Of a DNA stretch of 64,000 nt, positions 9,836 to 19,741 are shown in pieces. Below the pieces are notes generated by a model that had not been told where the DNA came from, ran no database searches, and saw only the letters and a list, made by a program, of their open reading frames with translations. The DNA comes from an uncultured delta proteobacterium (lineage in GTDB: Bacteria > Desulfobacterota > Binatia > UBA9968): assembly GCA_963728565.1 (NCBI GenBank), contig CAVSLC010000013.1:438214-502213 (forward strand), given 5' to 3'. Each line of letters starts with the position of its first letter. Position 1 is the first letter of the stretch. The position numbers and the translations under genes were made by a program.

Positions 9836-10374
9836 TTATTTCGGCGGGATGTTCGCCGGAACTTTATTGGGTATCGGCTTGATGGTTCTAAGATAACGAT
9901 AGATAGCGCGAACATCCTCTTCCTTCATATTGGCATAGATGTTCCACTCCATCGGCGAGGTCGCGTACTTGGTGCCGTCGGACCTGACGCCGTGTTTGAA
10001 TGTCCGGACGAACTGCTCCTCGCTCCAGCGTCCGAGCCCCGTTTCCGGGTCCGGAGTTAGATTCGCAGCGTAAAAACGCGCGCCCCTTGGTCCCGGAAAG
10101 CCGGCCACCTGGCTACGACCTACTTTCGTGCCGGCATATTTTGCCGGCACGCCGGATAGATAAAGGCTCATGTCCGATTCGCCATCGGGCGCTAACGGGA
10201 GTGTGACAGCCGACACAGTGGCCGAGATAGATTCACCAAATAGTTGCCTCGCTCGATGTAGCTTGCTTGCTCCCAATCGGCAGGGATCGTTTCCTGAGCC
10301 GAGTTAAAGGAGCACGCCGCGCCGAGTAAAGTCAATGCGCCGCAAGCAAGAAAGATTGCATACCGCCATTTCAT
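9836..10374 (-). CDS. c-type cytochrome lipoprotein (dehydrogenase cytochrome-subunit-like domain), two frameshifts
   Basis: Lipobox LGAAC; IERGNYLVN, then a third frame gives YLGHCVGCHTP (CxxCH), then LAPDG...YAANLTPDPETGLGRWS...PMEW...DVRAIYRYLRT. Confidence 0.85.
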
Positions 10375-10386
10375 GGTTTGCTCCGG

Positions 10387-10893
10387 TTATTTTTGTTCGG
10401 CTGGGATTCTTTCGGGCGGCGTATTCTTGATCGGCTTGATCGTCCTGAGATACGCCCATAGCGACTTCAGATCGCGATCGGTTATTTTTTGAAAGGCATC
10501 CCACGGCATCTGCGCGTCGAGCACTCGTCCGTCCGGCGTAATGCCGGTTTTCATGGCTCTAATGAACTGGGCTTCAGTCCATTTGCCGATGCCGGTTTCC
10601 GGATCGGGCGTGATGTTACTCGCATAAATCTTCTTCCACCGGGGCGAGGACCAGCCCGCGTTTGCCGGCGGACCGGCAGGCGGCGCGGGATTGGGCGAAC
10701 CGGCATAGTGCCAATTCTCATCCTTACTGCCATCGGGCTTTTCACGCGTGTGACAGCCGCAGCCTTGAATCGCAGTTGCGATGTAGCGACCGCGGGCGAT
10801 CCTTTCCGTTTCCGTCTCAGCGCCGGCCGGCGCGGGGGGCGATACGAGGAAAGATGTTGCCAGGATCATCAAAAGAGTAGATATCCAATTCAT
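10387..10893 (-). CDS. c-type cytochrome with contracted CGCH heme motif
   Basis: Signal peptide; IARGRYIATAIQGCGCHT, YASNITPDPETGIGKWT, MPW, DLKSLWAYLRT. Confidence 0.85.
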   Translation of the reverse strand: MNWISTLLMILATSFLVSPPAPAGAETETERIARGRYIATAIQGCGCHTREKPDGSKDENWHYAGSPNPAPPAGPPANAGWSSPRWKKIYASNITPDPETGIGKWTEAQFIRAMKTGITPDGRVLDAQMPWDAFQKITDRDLKSLWAYLRTIKPIKNTPPERIPAEQK

Positions 10894-10944
10894 CGACGGG
10901 CCTTTCCACAAATCTGATCATCACGATGTACCCTTGGGTGAAAC

Positions 10945-11346
10945 ATGTTTGCAACCGAATTCATGCTTTTTGGACTCAGCCGGGCAAAAAATGGCGCGCT
11001 GCGGATTCTGATCGTCGCCGGCGTTCTGCTTCTATGCTGCTCAAATGCCCACGCCGATATGGAACAGGGGAAACGGATCTATCGTGAGAACTGCGCTCCC
11101 TGTCATGGCGAGGCAGGCAAAGGCGATGGAGTTGGAGCGCGATCGCTGCCGGTGCGTCCGGCCGATCATACCAATTCCGCGGCAATGACTGCACGCACGG
11201 ATGCTTTTCTGCGCGATGTCATAGCCAAAGGCGGTAAAGCGATGGGCCTCTCCTCTTTCATGCCGGCATGGCAAGGAATCTTTAAAGATAAAGAGATTGA
11301 AGATCTGGTTGCTTACATCCGCAGCCTGGCGCTACCTGCCAAATGA
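10945..11346 (+). CDS. Monoheme class I cytochrome c
   Basis: Signal peptide; GKRIYRENCAPCHG; MPAW distal Met; IEDLVAYIRSL. Confidence 0.92.
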   Translation: MFATEFMLFGLSRAKNGALRILIVAGVLLLCCSNAHADMEQGKRIYRENCAPCHGEAGKGDGVGARSLPVRPADHTNSAAMTARTDAFLRDVIAKGGKAMGLSSFMPAWQGIFKDKEIEDLVAYIRSLALPAK

Positions 11347-11948
11347 ATCGGTCTATGGCGCCACAGGATTCATATCCGTTAATTTTTACAGCTCTTACTT
11401 TTCAGTCTGAAAACTCCCGCCACGAACACCACCCTTCGCTGTTGATTGGTTGAGACGATTCCCGCGCTCACCAGTCACGAGAGGCGCGGGCGGCAAAAAA
11501 TCATTCCCGGCTTTCTGACCAGACAATATCATTTATCCAGTGAGCCGGTAGGTCTCGCATCCCTTAACGAGACCCGCGCTTGACTGTCCACCTTTTACAA
11601 TTTTCGCCAGGATTCACGATTTTGTTTATGGGTCAACCAATCGCAGCGACACAAGACCGGCTTCCCCCCTCGTTTAGACGCGCACTATCAGCACTTTTAG
11701 TAGCTTGGCGGAGCAATCACGAGAATTGGCACATATTTGGCGATCGGCTTCGGGCGACTGAACTTTGGCGCCAGCCGAACCTGGTTCAGCCGTTCCGAGC
11801 AAAACTGAACTGAACCACTAAACATAGAATGATTCTCCAATTTCTCTCCTCGAACGGTGACAGCGCATGGCTTGCGCGATCGAAGTATCTGCGCGGCGCT
11901 AAACATTAGCCTTTCCGGTTCAAATCCGATGTAAATAGGGAGACCACA

Positions 11949-13911
11949 ATGGATGGCACGATTACCTGGATGCTCGTTCTCGCGGGCGCTACCATAGCTC
12001 TACTGGGCGCCTTTCTGGTTGCCTCTGAAAAGGAATTAAGAAAGAAGCGCCGGGAAGTGGCGACTCTTGCCGCGAAACTTTCCCGGCCGAACACGGGCAC
12101 AGCTGCCGATGATTATCAAAACAACCTAGGCAAACTCGAAAACGCCAATAAAGAATTACAGGAACAACTCTCGGCTCTAGCCAGCAGACTGGAGTCGACT
12201 GAGCGTAAGTTCAGTCAACTTGACGCCGAGAAGCGCCGGTTAGAAGTCTCTAACCAGAATCTCAACTACGAAGCAGTAGCCCTCCGGGAGCAGTTGCATT
12301 CCAGATTAAAAGCGACCGAGGAATCTGATTTAGAGAGAGCTGCCTTCGATGAGCAGCTTGCCGCGATAGCGAACGAGTTGAAGTCGACCACGGCAAAGCT
12401 CGAGCAAAGCAAGACGAGAATCGAGGAACTGGAGAACGCCAGCGCACCGTCAGCTCTTGTCAATGCCGAGCGTTCCCTCGCCGAGTCCCGCGTCGAGTTC
12501 GAAAATAATCTCCAAGCACTTGAGCGAGAGCTGGCCGATTGTCAGGAGAAGCTGCGGACGGTCGATACGATCAACCGTCAGTTGCTCGACCTCGAACAAG
12601 GATACGACAAGGCGCTGCTCAGTAATCGGCAACTGCAACAGGAAATCATTGGCTACCAAGAGCGGCTTACTAAAAAGGAGGCCTCGCAGCAGCCTATGGG
12701 GATCATTCGCGAGCAGATGGATGATTCACCTTTGCAAAGCGACATGTCGGATGACCCGGCGCAAATGCAGTTTGATGGGATCAGGTTACTCGAGAACCGG
12801 TCCAGCAGCCGCCAAGCTGCGCCATCAGGAATAGTTCTTCGAAGCGCAGCTTCCCCGGGGCTCTCCGGAATGGACGGCCTCGAGAGTTATGGACAAACCA
12901 CCACTTTGCATACTGCCATCGGTTATGTTGAGCCCATTCAGGACCAAAGCAAGGTCGCCGACATGGATCTGGAACGGCGGCAGTCAACGACTAGGCGAAC
13001 CGCCCAATTGTCCCACCTGCTCGCCTGGATACGACTTCATGGTAGCGATACCTACCGAGAACAGATCGACTCGCTCAAAGACTTTACCGATCTTTCCGAA
13101 CGTGAACGAGAAGTGGTTAGGGATATTTTCCTGGCGCGCGCGGACGAGGCGCAAAAGCGCGGGCGCGACGATGAAATGCTGCGTTACCGCAGTTGGGCGA
13201 AAAACATCGTCTATCATACCCGATTTGCCGATGACGAGATCGAGTATTTCTCTAAAAATGGGGCTCCAGAAAACAAGCCCAGCTACGAGGAAAGCCATGA
13301 TCGAACGGCCATCGATACGATCTCCGGGACGACGGACACAAACGCCGGCAAAGCCGTTTTGAGCACCCTTCCACCGGCCGGTACTAAGAGCCCGGCAGGG
13401 AATATCGCCCTAGGGATAGGCATAGGCCTAGGATTGGTTCTGATTCTCTTGGTTCAGCTCTTATTAGATACGTCCGCCGAGATCACTGTGGCCTCCGACG
13501 GTGCAACGACACCTGCCAGTTCTCGAGCCGTCGAGCTTCCGAAAAAGCAGCAATCCGTAGATGAGAACCGTTCAGCAATCGCGTTCCGAGAGTGCCCTTA
13601 AGGTCGAGGCTTTGCGCTCGGACGAGCACGTCAGAGCAAAACCGGACGACGCTAAAGCTGCCGCGCGCAACACCTCCAAAGAACCCGCGGGGAAGGCCCC
13701 CAGATCGCCGAGCACTTTTGGAGCGCATACGATCGTCAGATCAACGCCGGTTTACAGTGAACCCAGTGAGGACTCGGCCTTAATTACCCGTCTGGATCCG
13801 GGCACTCAGGTCAACGTAGTCGCAGGGAACCGGGGGTGGTACGAGATTCGCTCTAGGAGCGGCCGTCCGCCGGGATTCATCAGGCAGGACGGCGCCTCGC
13901 GCAATCGTTAA
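11949..13911 (+). CDS. Membrane protein with long coiled coil, second TM helix and C-terminal SH3b-like domain (frameshift near 13575)
   Basis: ORF 11949..13601: N-terminal TM, E/L/Q/K-rich heptads, TM IALGIGIGLGLVLILLVQLLL. ORF 13561..13911: TPVYSEPSEDSALITRLDPGTQVNVV..GWYEIRS..PPGFI (SH3b-like). Confidence 0.65.
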
Positions 13912-14179
13912 TACGTCATCACCAAAACGGGTCGCGTCATACTCGATGAGGCCCGGCGATCGATGATCTCCTGCGCTAAGCGCTGGAACTCGAACCGCGC
14001 ACCCCACTTCGCGTGTTCAACTCACGTTAGAACGGCGTCAGATCGCGCGCGTCAATCGCGGGGCATAAATCGTTGCACCGATACCGCCTCGCAGGCGAGC
14101 AACCGGTCTTCCGCCTACTATCAGCGCGTCTTCGGCTTTCTTTTAAACGCCAATCTTGTCAGAGTTTGTTTTTTGGCTC

Positions 14180-14947
14180 ATGAAACTTTACTGCCGCATC
14201 GAAGGATCGGGTTTTCCTGTCATCATTCTTCACGGTCTCCTCGGCTCGTCGGATAACTGGCGCGCGATCAGCACACGGCTTAGTCCAAAGTACAAAATCT
14301 ATACGGTAGACCTCCGCAATCATGGACGGTCACCGCATAGCGAAATAATGACGTACCCGGCCATGGCCGACGATTTGCGCGAACTCATGGAGCGTGAAAG
14401 TATCTCGGAATGCCACGTTGTCGGTCACTCGATGGGCGGCAAGGTCGCCATGCAGTTCGCCACCAGTCACCCGGACCGGGTGAGCAAATTGGTAATCGTT
14501 GATATCGCGCCCAAAGCTTACCCGCCGTCGCAGCGCGCCATGATGGCGGCGCTCGAAGAGCTGGAGCTGCAAAGTTTTCAAAGTTTCGGCGAAATCGATG
14601 CGGCCCTCGCGCCTGCTATCTCCGAAGCCCCGCTCCGGCAGTTTTTGATAAAAAATATTAGTCGACTGCCGTCCGGCGGTTTTCAATGGCGGATCGATCT
14701 TGGTTCGATGGCCAAAAATTATGATCACCTGACGGAGCCGATCATCGCCGCAGCTTGCTATGACAAACCGGCTCTTTTCATGCGCGGCGGCCGATCGGAG
14801 TACATTGCGGATACCGACCTGTCATCCATCAGAACGATATTTACACGGGCTGAACTTGTGACAATCGTTCGCGCCGGGCACTGGCTTCACGCCGAGGCGA
14901 CGGATGAGTTTCTTCAGATTCTGACTGATTTTCTAACCAAGCCCTAA
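14180..14947 (+). CDS. ybfF: Alpha/beta hydrolase, YbfF-like esterase
   Basis: LHGLLGSSDNW, DLRNHGRSP, GHSMGG nucleophile, DIAP, AGHWLHAE. Confidence 0.88.
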   Translation: MKLYCRIEGSGFPVIILHGLLGSSDNWRAISTRLSPKYKIYTVDLRNHGRSPHSEIMTYPAMADDLRELMERESISECHVVGHSMGGKVAMQFATSHPDRVSKLVIVDIAPKAYPPSQRAMMAALEELELQSFQSFGEIDAALAPAISEAPLRQFLIKNISRLPSGGFQWRIDLGSMAKNYDHLTEPIIAAACYDKPALFMRGGRSEYIADTDLSSIRTIFTRAELVTIVRAGHWLHAEATDEFLQILTDFLTKP

Positions 14948-15139
14948 GCCGGTCGCAGGATCTCACTGCCGGAGTCATTGAACGGCCGGCGTTCTCGACG
15001 TCAAGCCATTCTGTAACAACTCCATACAGGTTCATTTCACGAAAACATCGGCGCACGGCGCTGACCCGCCGAACCCGTAGACCGTCATCCGACAGCGTGC
15101 TATGAGACAGCTACCTATCGAGCAAAGGAGGCATCTCTC

Positions 15140-15520
15140 ATGGCGAAGCGCAAAAGCATTCACATCGAAGGTATGGAGCACGGCGCGCCGATTCCCAATG
15201 GCGTGGTCATCGGCAATCTGATTTTCTCCTCGGCAATTTCCGGCAAGGACGCCAAAACCGGGGTGCTTTCCGATGATCCGGTGGAACAAGCCTACGCCAT
15301 GTTTCGCAATCTCAAGTTATTCATGGAGAAGGCCGGCGGCACGACCGATAATATCGCGCATATGAAAGTTTATTTAAAAGAGGAAAAGTTTCGTGACGCC
15401 GTCAATAACGCATGGCTCGGGATGTTTCCCGATGAACACGACCGCCCCGCCCGGCACGCGCTCAAAGTCGAGTTGCGCGGCAATGTATTGTTTCAAATCG
15501 AGGTGGTGGCCGTGCTATAA
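15140..15520 (+). CDS. RidA/YjgF family enamine deaminase-like protein
   Basis: AGGTTDNI, RPARH, FQIEVVAVL; AAGGAGG RBS. Confidence 0.88.
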   Translation: MAKRKSIHIEGMEHGAPIPNGVVIGNLIFSSAISGKDAKTGVLSDDPVEQAYAMFRNLKLFMEKAGGTTDNIAHMKVYLKEEKFRDAVNNAWLGMFPDEHDRPARHALKVELRGNVLFQIEVVAVL

Positions 15521-15570
15521 ATCTATTTAGGCAGTCGCTCTTGCGAAATATAACAAGCGAGGAGGTTTTT

Positions 15571-15957
15571 ATGAGCGTCGACGTCATCGATCTGGTGGAT
15601 CTGGCCCGTCAAGAAAAGCGGCGCAAGAATATTTTCAACACGCCGCGGTTTCACGCCTGGATGCATTATTATAAGCCGGGACAGAAAGATGAAATGCATT
15701 GTCACAATGCCGATCAAACCTTTTACGTGATTGAGGGCGAATGCACCATGCGTTTTCCCGATGGCGGCCAAGTGGTCATGAAGCCAGGGCAGGCGGCGCT
15801 GATCACGGGAGGATCGTTCTATCAGCTGGAGAACGCCGGCTCCGAACCGATGATCATGATGGGTAATCGCTCGGGGCCGGCCGAAAAAATTCAGATCATC
15901 AGCTACGAGACGCGTAAAGATATTCGCCAGCAAGTTCAAGCCGATTTCAATCCCTGA
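15571..15957 (+). CDS. Cupin domain protein
   Basis: MHCHNADQTFYVIEG and PGQAALI cupin motifs; GAGGAGG RBS before ATG 15571. Confidence 0.85.
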   Translation: MSVDVIDLVDLARQEKRRKNIFNTPRFHAWMHYYKPGQKDEMHCHNADQTFYVIEGECTMRFPDGGQVVMKPGQAALITGGSFYQLENAGSEPMIMMGNRSGPAEKIQIISYETRKDIRQQVQADFNP

Positions 15958-16232
15958 CATCTTTCACGGCGGGCGGCCGCGCTGCCATGCGTTGCCGCCC
16001 TTGGGCCCGGCTCTCCCCTTCGGCATCAGCCGCTGGTTTATCAACGAGCAACAGCAGCACATTAGTTCTATCTCTTGCATTCCGGGTCAATCTTAGACCT
16101 GCGGCCTAGCAAACGGCACAAGCGATTCTCAAATTTCACAGACTGCATCTAGCGGTCTCTAAATTGTTTGTATTTATCGTGACGGCGGTCTAAGAGAGTA
16201 GCGTTGCTGCGCCGCGATTTGAACGGACAACG

Positions 16233-17477
16233 ATGTCGCTACGGACTAAACTAACCGATCAGATACGTCAGATCAGAGAGACCGATTCCCTGTTATGGCT
16301 GGTTGCTCTAGGTCACACCTTTACGCACTGGTGCCCCGCGACCTTTTATCTGCTGCTGCCGTATCTGGTTCAAGAGTTAGGGTTGACCTATAGCCAAGCC
16401 GGCTTTCTTGTCACCATTCGCGCAGTCGCCAACCTGCTCGTTAATGTTCCAGCAGGCATACTCGTCGATATCATCGGCCGCAAAGCTTTGCTGATGGGGT
16501 TGGCGCTGCTCGCCACCGGCGTCCCGTATTTCCTAGTCGGCTTAAGTCATAGCTTTTTCTGGGTAGCGGTCTTCATGGCTTTTGTCGGCGTGGGCAACTA
16601 TCTCTGGCATCCGGCGGCGATTTCCACAATTTCCGAAAGGTATCCCAGCAAACGGGGTTTTGCCATCGCGATCCACGCCATTGGCCCCAACATCGGTGAG
16701 AGTATCGCGCCGCTACTCGTCGGCGTGCTGCTCCTGACTTTATCCTGGCGCTCGGTTCTGTTCGTAAATCTCATTCCAGGCATCGTCATCGCTTTAATCC
16801 TTTGGAAATTTCTCTTCGGCCGGCTTCAGACCCGGGCGCAGGCCAAGAAAGCTCTGCCGTTGAAAGAGTATCTGGCCGGCATGAAAAAAATGGCGCAGAA
16901 CCCCAGCATCCTGCTGCTGGTACTCGTGGCCGGCATGCGCTCCATGACCCAGCAGGGATTGCATACTTTCTTGCCCATCTATCTAACGCACGACCTCGGC
17001 TTGTCGAGCGCAATGGCAGGACTCTATCTCTCCATCACTCAAACCGCCGGCATGATAGGCACGCCCATCGCCGGGAGTATTTCGGATCGCAGTGGAAGAA
17101 AACGAGTCCTCACCGCCGGACTGTTTTCAACCAGCGTCGTGCTCTTTGTTCTGGCTTATTTCCAGATGACCTGGCTATTCATCACAGGGTTGGCGATTCT
17201 TGGTTTCTTCCTGTACGCGGTCCGGCCTGTCATCTGGGCTTGGGTGCTCGATCTCAGCCCCAAGGAGTTGGGAGGGAGCATGGTCAGTTTCTTTTCCGGT
17301 TCACAGTCGTTGCTAAGTTCGCTCTCCCCGCTCATCTGCGGATTTATCGCCGACCGATGGGGCATTCTCACCGCGTTCTACTTCCTCGCAGGCACGGTCC
17401 TCTTAGCGAACCTTGTGGTTCTTGCTATAAGAGAACCGCAACCAGAAGCGCCGGGTCTGGTTGAAGAGCTTGCCTGA
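16233..17477 (+). CDS. MFS transporter
   Basis: About 12 hydrophobic helices; motif A GSISDRSGRKR; WHPAA. Confidence 0.92.
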   Translation: MSLRTKLTDQIRQIRETDSLLWLVALGHTFTHWCPATFYLLLPYLVQELGLTYSQAGFLVTIRAVANLLVNVPAGILVDIIGRKALLMGLALLATGVPYFLVGLSHSFFWVAVFMAFVGVGNYLWHPAAISTISERYPSKRGFAIAIHAIGPNIGESIAPLLVGVLLLTLSWRSVLFVNLIPGIVIALILWKFLFGRLQTRAQAKKALPLKEYLAGMKKMAQNPSILLLVLVAGMRSMTQQGLHTFLPIYLTHDLGLSSAMAGLYLSITQTAGMIGTPIAGSISDRSGRKRVLTAGLFSTSVVLFVLAYFQMTWLFITGLAILGFFLYAVRPVIWAWVLDLSPKELGGSMVSFFSGSQSLLSSLSPLICGFIADRWGILTAFYFLAGTVLLANLVVLAIREPQPEAPGLVEELA

Positions 17478-17665
17478 CGACCAGGGAAGAGATGAGAACT
17501 CGTTCTTGACAAGTAAAACAAAAATCTACTATGAATTGCTGCTCGCGCCACCGTTCGCAAACTTCATCTCGTACGACTATCATGGTTAATCACGGATGCC
17601 GATTTTGGGCATCGGCCGGTTAATTTCATTTGATTCAAACAGGCTTGATTAGACGGGGGATATGA

Positions 17666-18935
17666 ATGGTCGAATCTCTTAGCTCGGGCGACAACAAAAC
17701 CTTGGTAGAGACTCACTTTGGACTTCACGACATGCCTTTTGGCGTCGCTCCGGACCCCCGCTTCTTCTTCCGAAACTATCACTATACCGAAGCATTAGAC
17801 GTACTCGCAGACGGCATTAAAGCAAAAAAAGGGCTATTGGTCGTGACCGGTGAAGTTGGAACCGGGAAGACCATCCTGTTGCGCAAACTGATGCGCCACC
17901 TTGAAGCGACTACGCGGTTTGTCTTTGTTTCCACAAGTCATGCTACCAGCGATAGATTGATCGAATTAATCGTCGAGGATCTGGGTCTCCCGGCTCAAGG
18001 TAAGACGCGGTTCGAGATAGAGCAGGCGCTCAAGGATTATTTGCTGCAGCAGAACAGCGAAGCAAAAAACGTCGCTCTCCTAATCGATGAAGCGCAAAAG
18101 CTAACTGATGGCGCATTGGAAAGCCTGTGCGATCTTTCGAATTTAGAGACAGAGCAGGAGAAACTGCTGCAAATTGTGCTGGTAGGACAACCTGAACTGA
18201 TCGTCAAATTGCGCAAGCCGGCGCTGCAAAGAATCAAACAAAGAATTGCAGATCCACTACCAAACCCGCGTATTATCGTTCGCCAGTGAAGTGGAGCATT
18301 ACATTGGCCATCGCCTGCGCGCGGCCGGCTACGAAGGTCCGGAAATCTTCAATCAAAAAGCGCTCGAGGCCATTTGGTCTTATTCCTCTGGAACGCCCCG
18401 TTTAATCAACACGCTATGCGACAACGCGCTCGCCATGGCATCGAGAGCCGGGCGGAAGAGAGTTTCCGCTTACGTGATTGTCAAAGTAGCGGCAAAGCTC
18501 ATGTTGGACCGGCCTGCCGATGGTCGAACAAACGGCGCATCTAATAATGGCGTTGCCGGAGTTTCGGTCCCGGAATTCGGCGCGCACACTTCTCAAGCGA
18601 CCCAACAAGCCGCTGAATCGCTGGATACGTTCATCAACCGACGGTCGAACCATGTGGCCCCACCTGTAAGCGCTATCAAGGAACGCACCGTCGCATCGCA
18701 GTTTTTCGACTTCATGGCTCGAGCAGCTACCGAGGGTATGGGACCCATGGCAAAGCTGATCATTGATGATCAAATTGCCGATCTCGGCGAGTCTCGCGAT
18801 AGCTTTCCGCAGAGGAAGCTTGACGAGCTTATCGAGCGAGTCAGCCGTGAGATTTTCAACGACACCATGAGAGCTCGTTTTTTGGATAAGATGGAGCAGG
18901 CGGTCAGCGCGCTTCAAACGATACGAGCTTTTTAG
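17666..18935 (+). CDS. exeA: ExeA/GspA-family AAA ATPase with small C-terminal helical domain (frameshift near 18251)
   Basis: HFGLHDMPFGVAPDPRFFF, Walker A GEVGTGKT, Walker B LLIDEAQ, LVGQPEL; extra G joins QRIA-IHYQ; SSGTPRLINTLCDNAL; C-terminal GMGPMAKLIIDD domain. Confidence 0.85.
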
Positions 18936-18972
18936 AGGGCACTCGGTTTTACCTAAAGGAGAAGATGAATTT

Positions 18973-19719
18973 ATGGCTGCAGAATCAGGTGTCAGTTTGA
19001 AATGGAAGATCGGCGGAGTTTATACCGCGGTCATGTTTATCCTGGGACTGCTTTTGATAGCGGCGCTCTATCAGCTAACGAGAACAGCGATGCGAGAGCA
19101 ACTCGACAAGCGCGCTCTCGCCATCGCGACCAACTTCAGCGATGCCGCTGCCGGTCATATAGTCAGTAAGAATCTGCTCGCGCTTCATGCGTTGGCTGCA
19201 AAATACACTCTTTTCGAGGGAGTGGCCTACGTTTACATCAATGATGCGCGCGGCGAAGTCATTGCCCAAACACTGGGTTCTTTTCCGCAGCAACTGCGCC
19301 AAGGAGCTAGCGCCGGAAGCCCACGTGAAGCACAGCGCCGGACTTTGTCGCTACAGGAGAAATCTGTTTATGAGACAAGCGTTCCAGTTCTGGACGGACA
19401 AGCGGGAACTGCCCATGTGGGGTTCTGGAGCGACGCGGTGGACAAGGAAGTACAAAGCTTTATCTGGCCTATGATCGGCGTCATTGCGCTCGTTCCGATT
19501 GTCGGCGCGGCGCTCTCTTTTGTCATCGCCAACTGGATTGTTCGACCGATTATCGGTCTAACTGAAGTCGCCGATAAGGTGACCAAAGGTGATCTCGAAA
19601 TGTCGATCGGCAACTGTGTCGTCTCGCGCGACGAAATCGGTGAATTGGCGCGTTCTCTTGAACGGATGCGCTCGAGCCTGAGAGCCGCGATGCTGCGCTT
19701 GAACCGGGAGACCACATGA
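18973..19719 (+). CDS. Two-TM sensor-like protein ending in a HAMP domain, no output domain
   Basis: TM1, ~130-aa extracytoplasmic Cache-like region, TM2, then IVRPIIGLTEVADKVTKGDL...DEIGELARSLERMR and a stop shortly after. Confidence 0.85.
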   Translation: MAAESGVSLKWKIGGVYTAVMFILGLLLIAALYQLTRTAMREQLDKRALAIATNFSDAAAGHIVSKNLLALHALAAKYTLFEGVAYVYINDARGEVIAQTLGSFPQQLRQGASAGSPREAQRRTLSLQEKSVYETSVPVLDGQAGTAHVGFWSDAVDKEVQSFIWPMIGVIALVPIVGAALSFVIANWIVRPIIGLTEVADKVTKGDLEMSIGNCVVSRDEIGELARSLERMRSSLRAAMLRLNRETT

Positions 19720-19741
19720 TCTCTCAAACTCCAATGGGAGG

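Noticed and set aside
5844-18935. Programmed ribosomal frameshifting explaining the split genes
   Set aside because: No shared slippery heptamer or stimulatory structure; the indels vary in context and several genes need two corrections.
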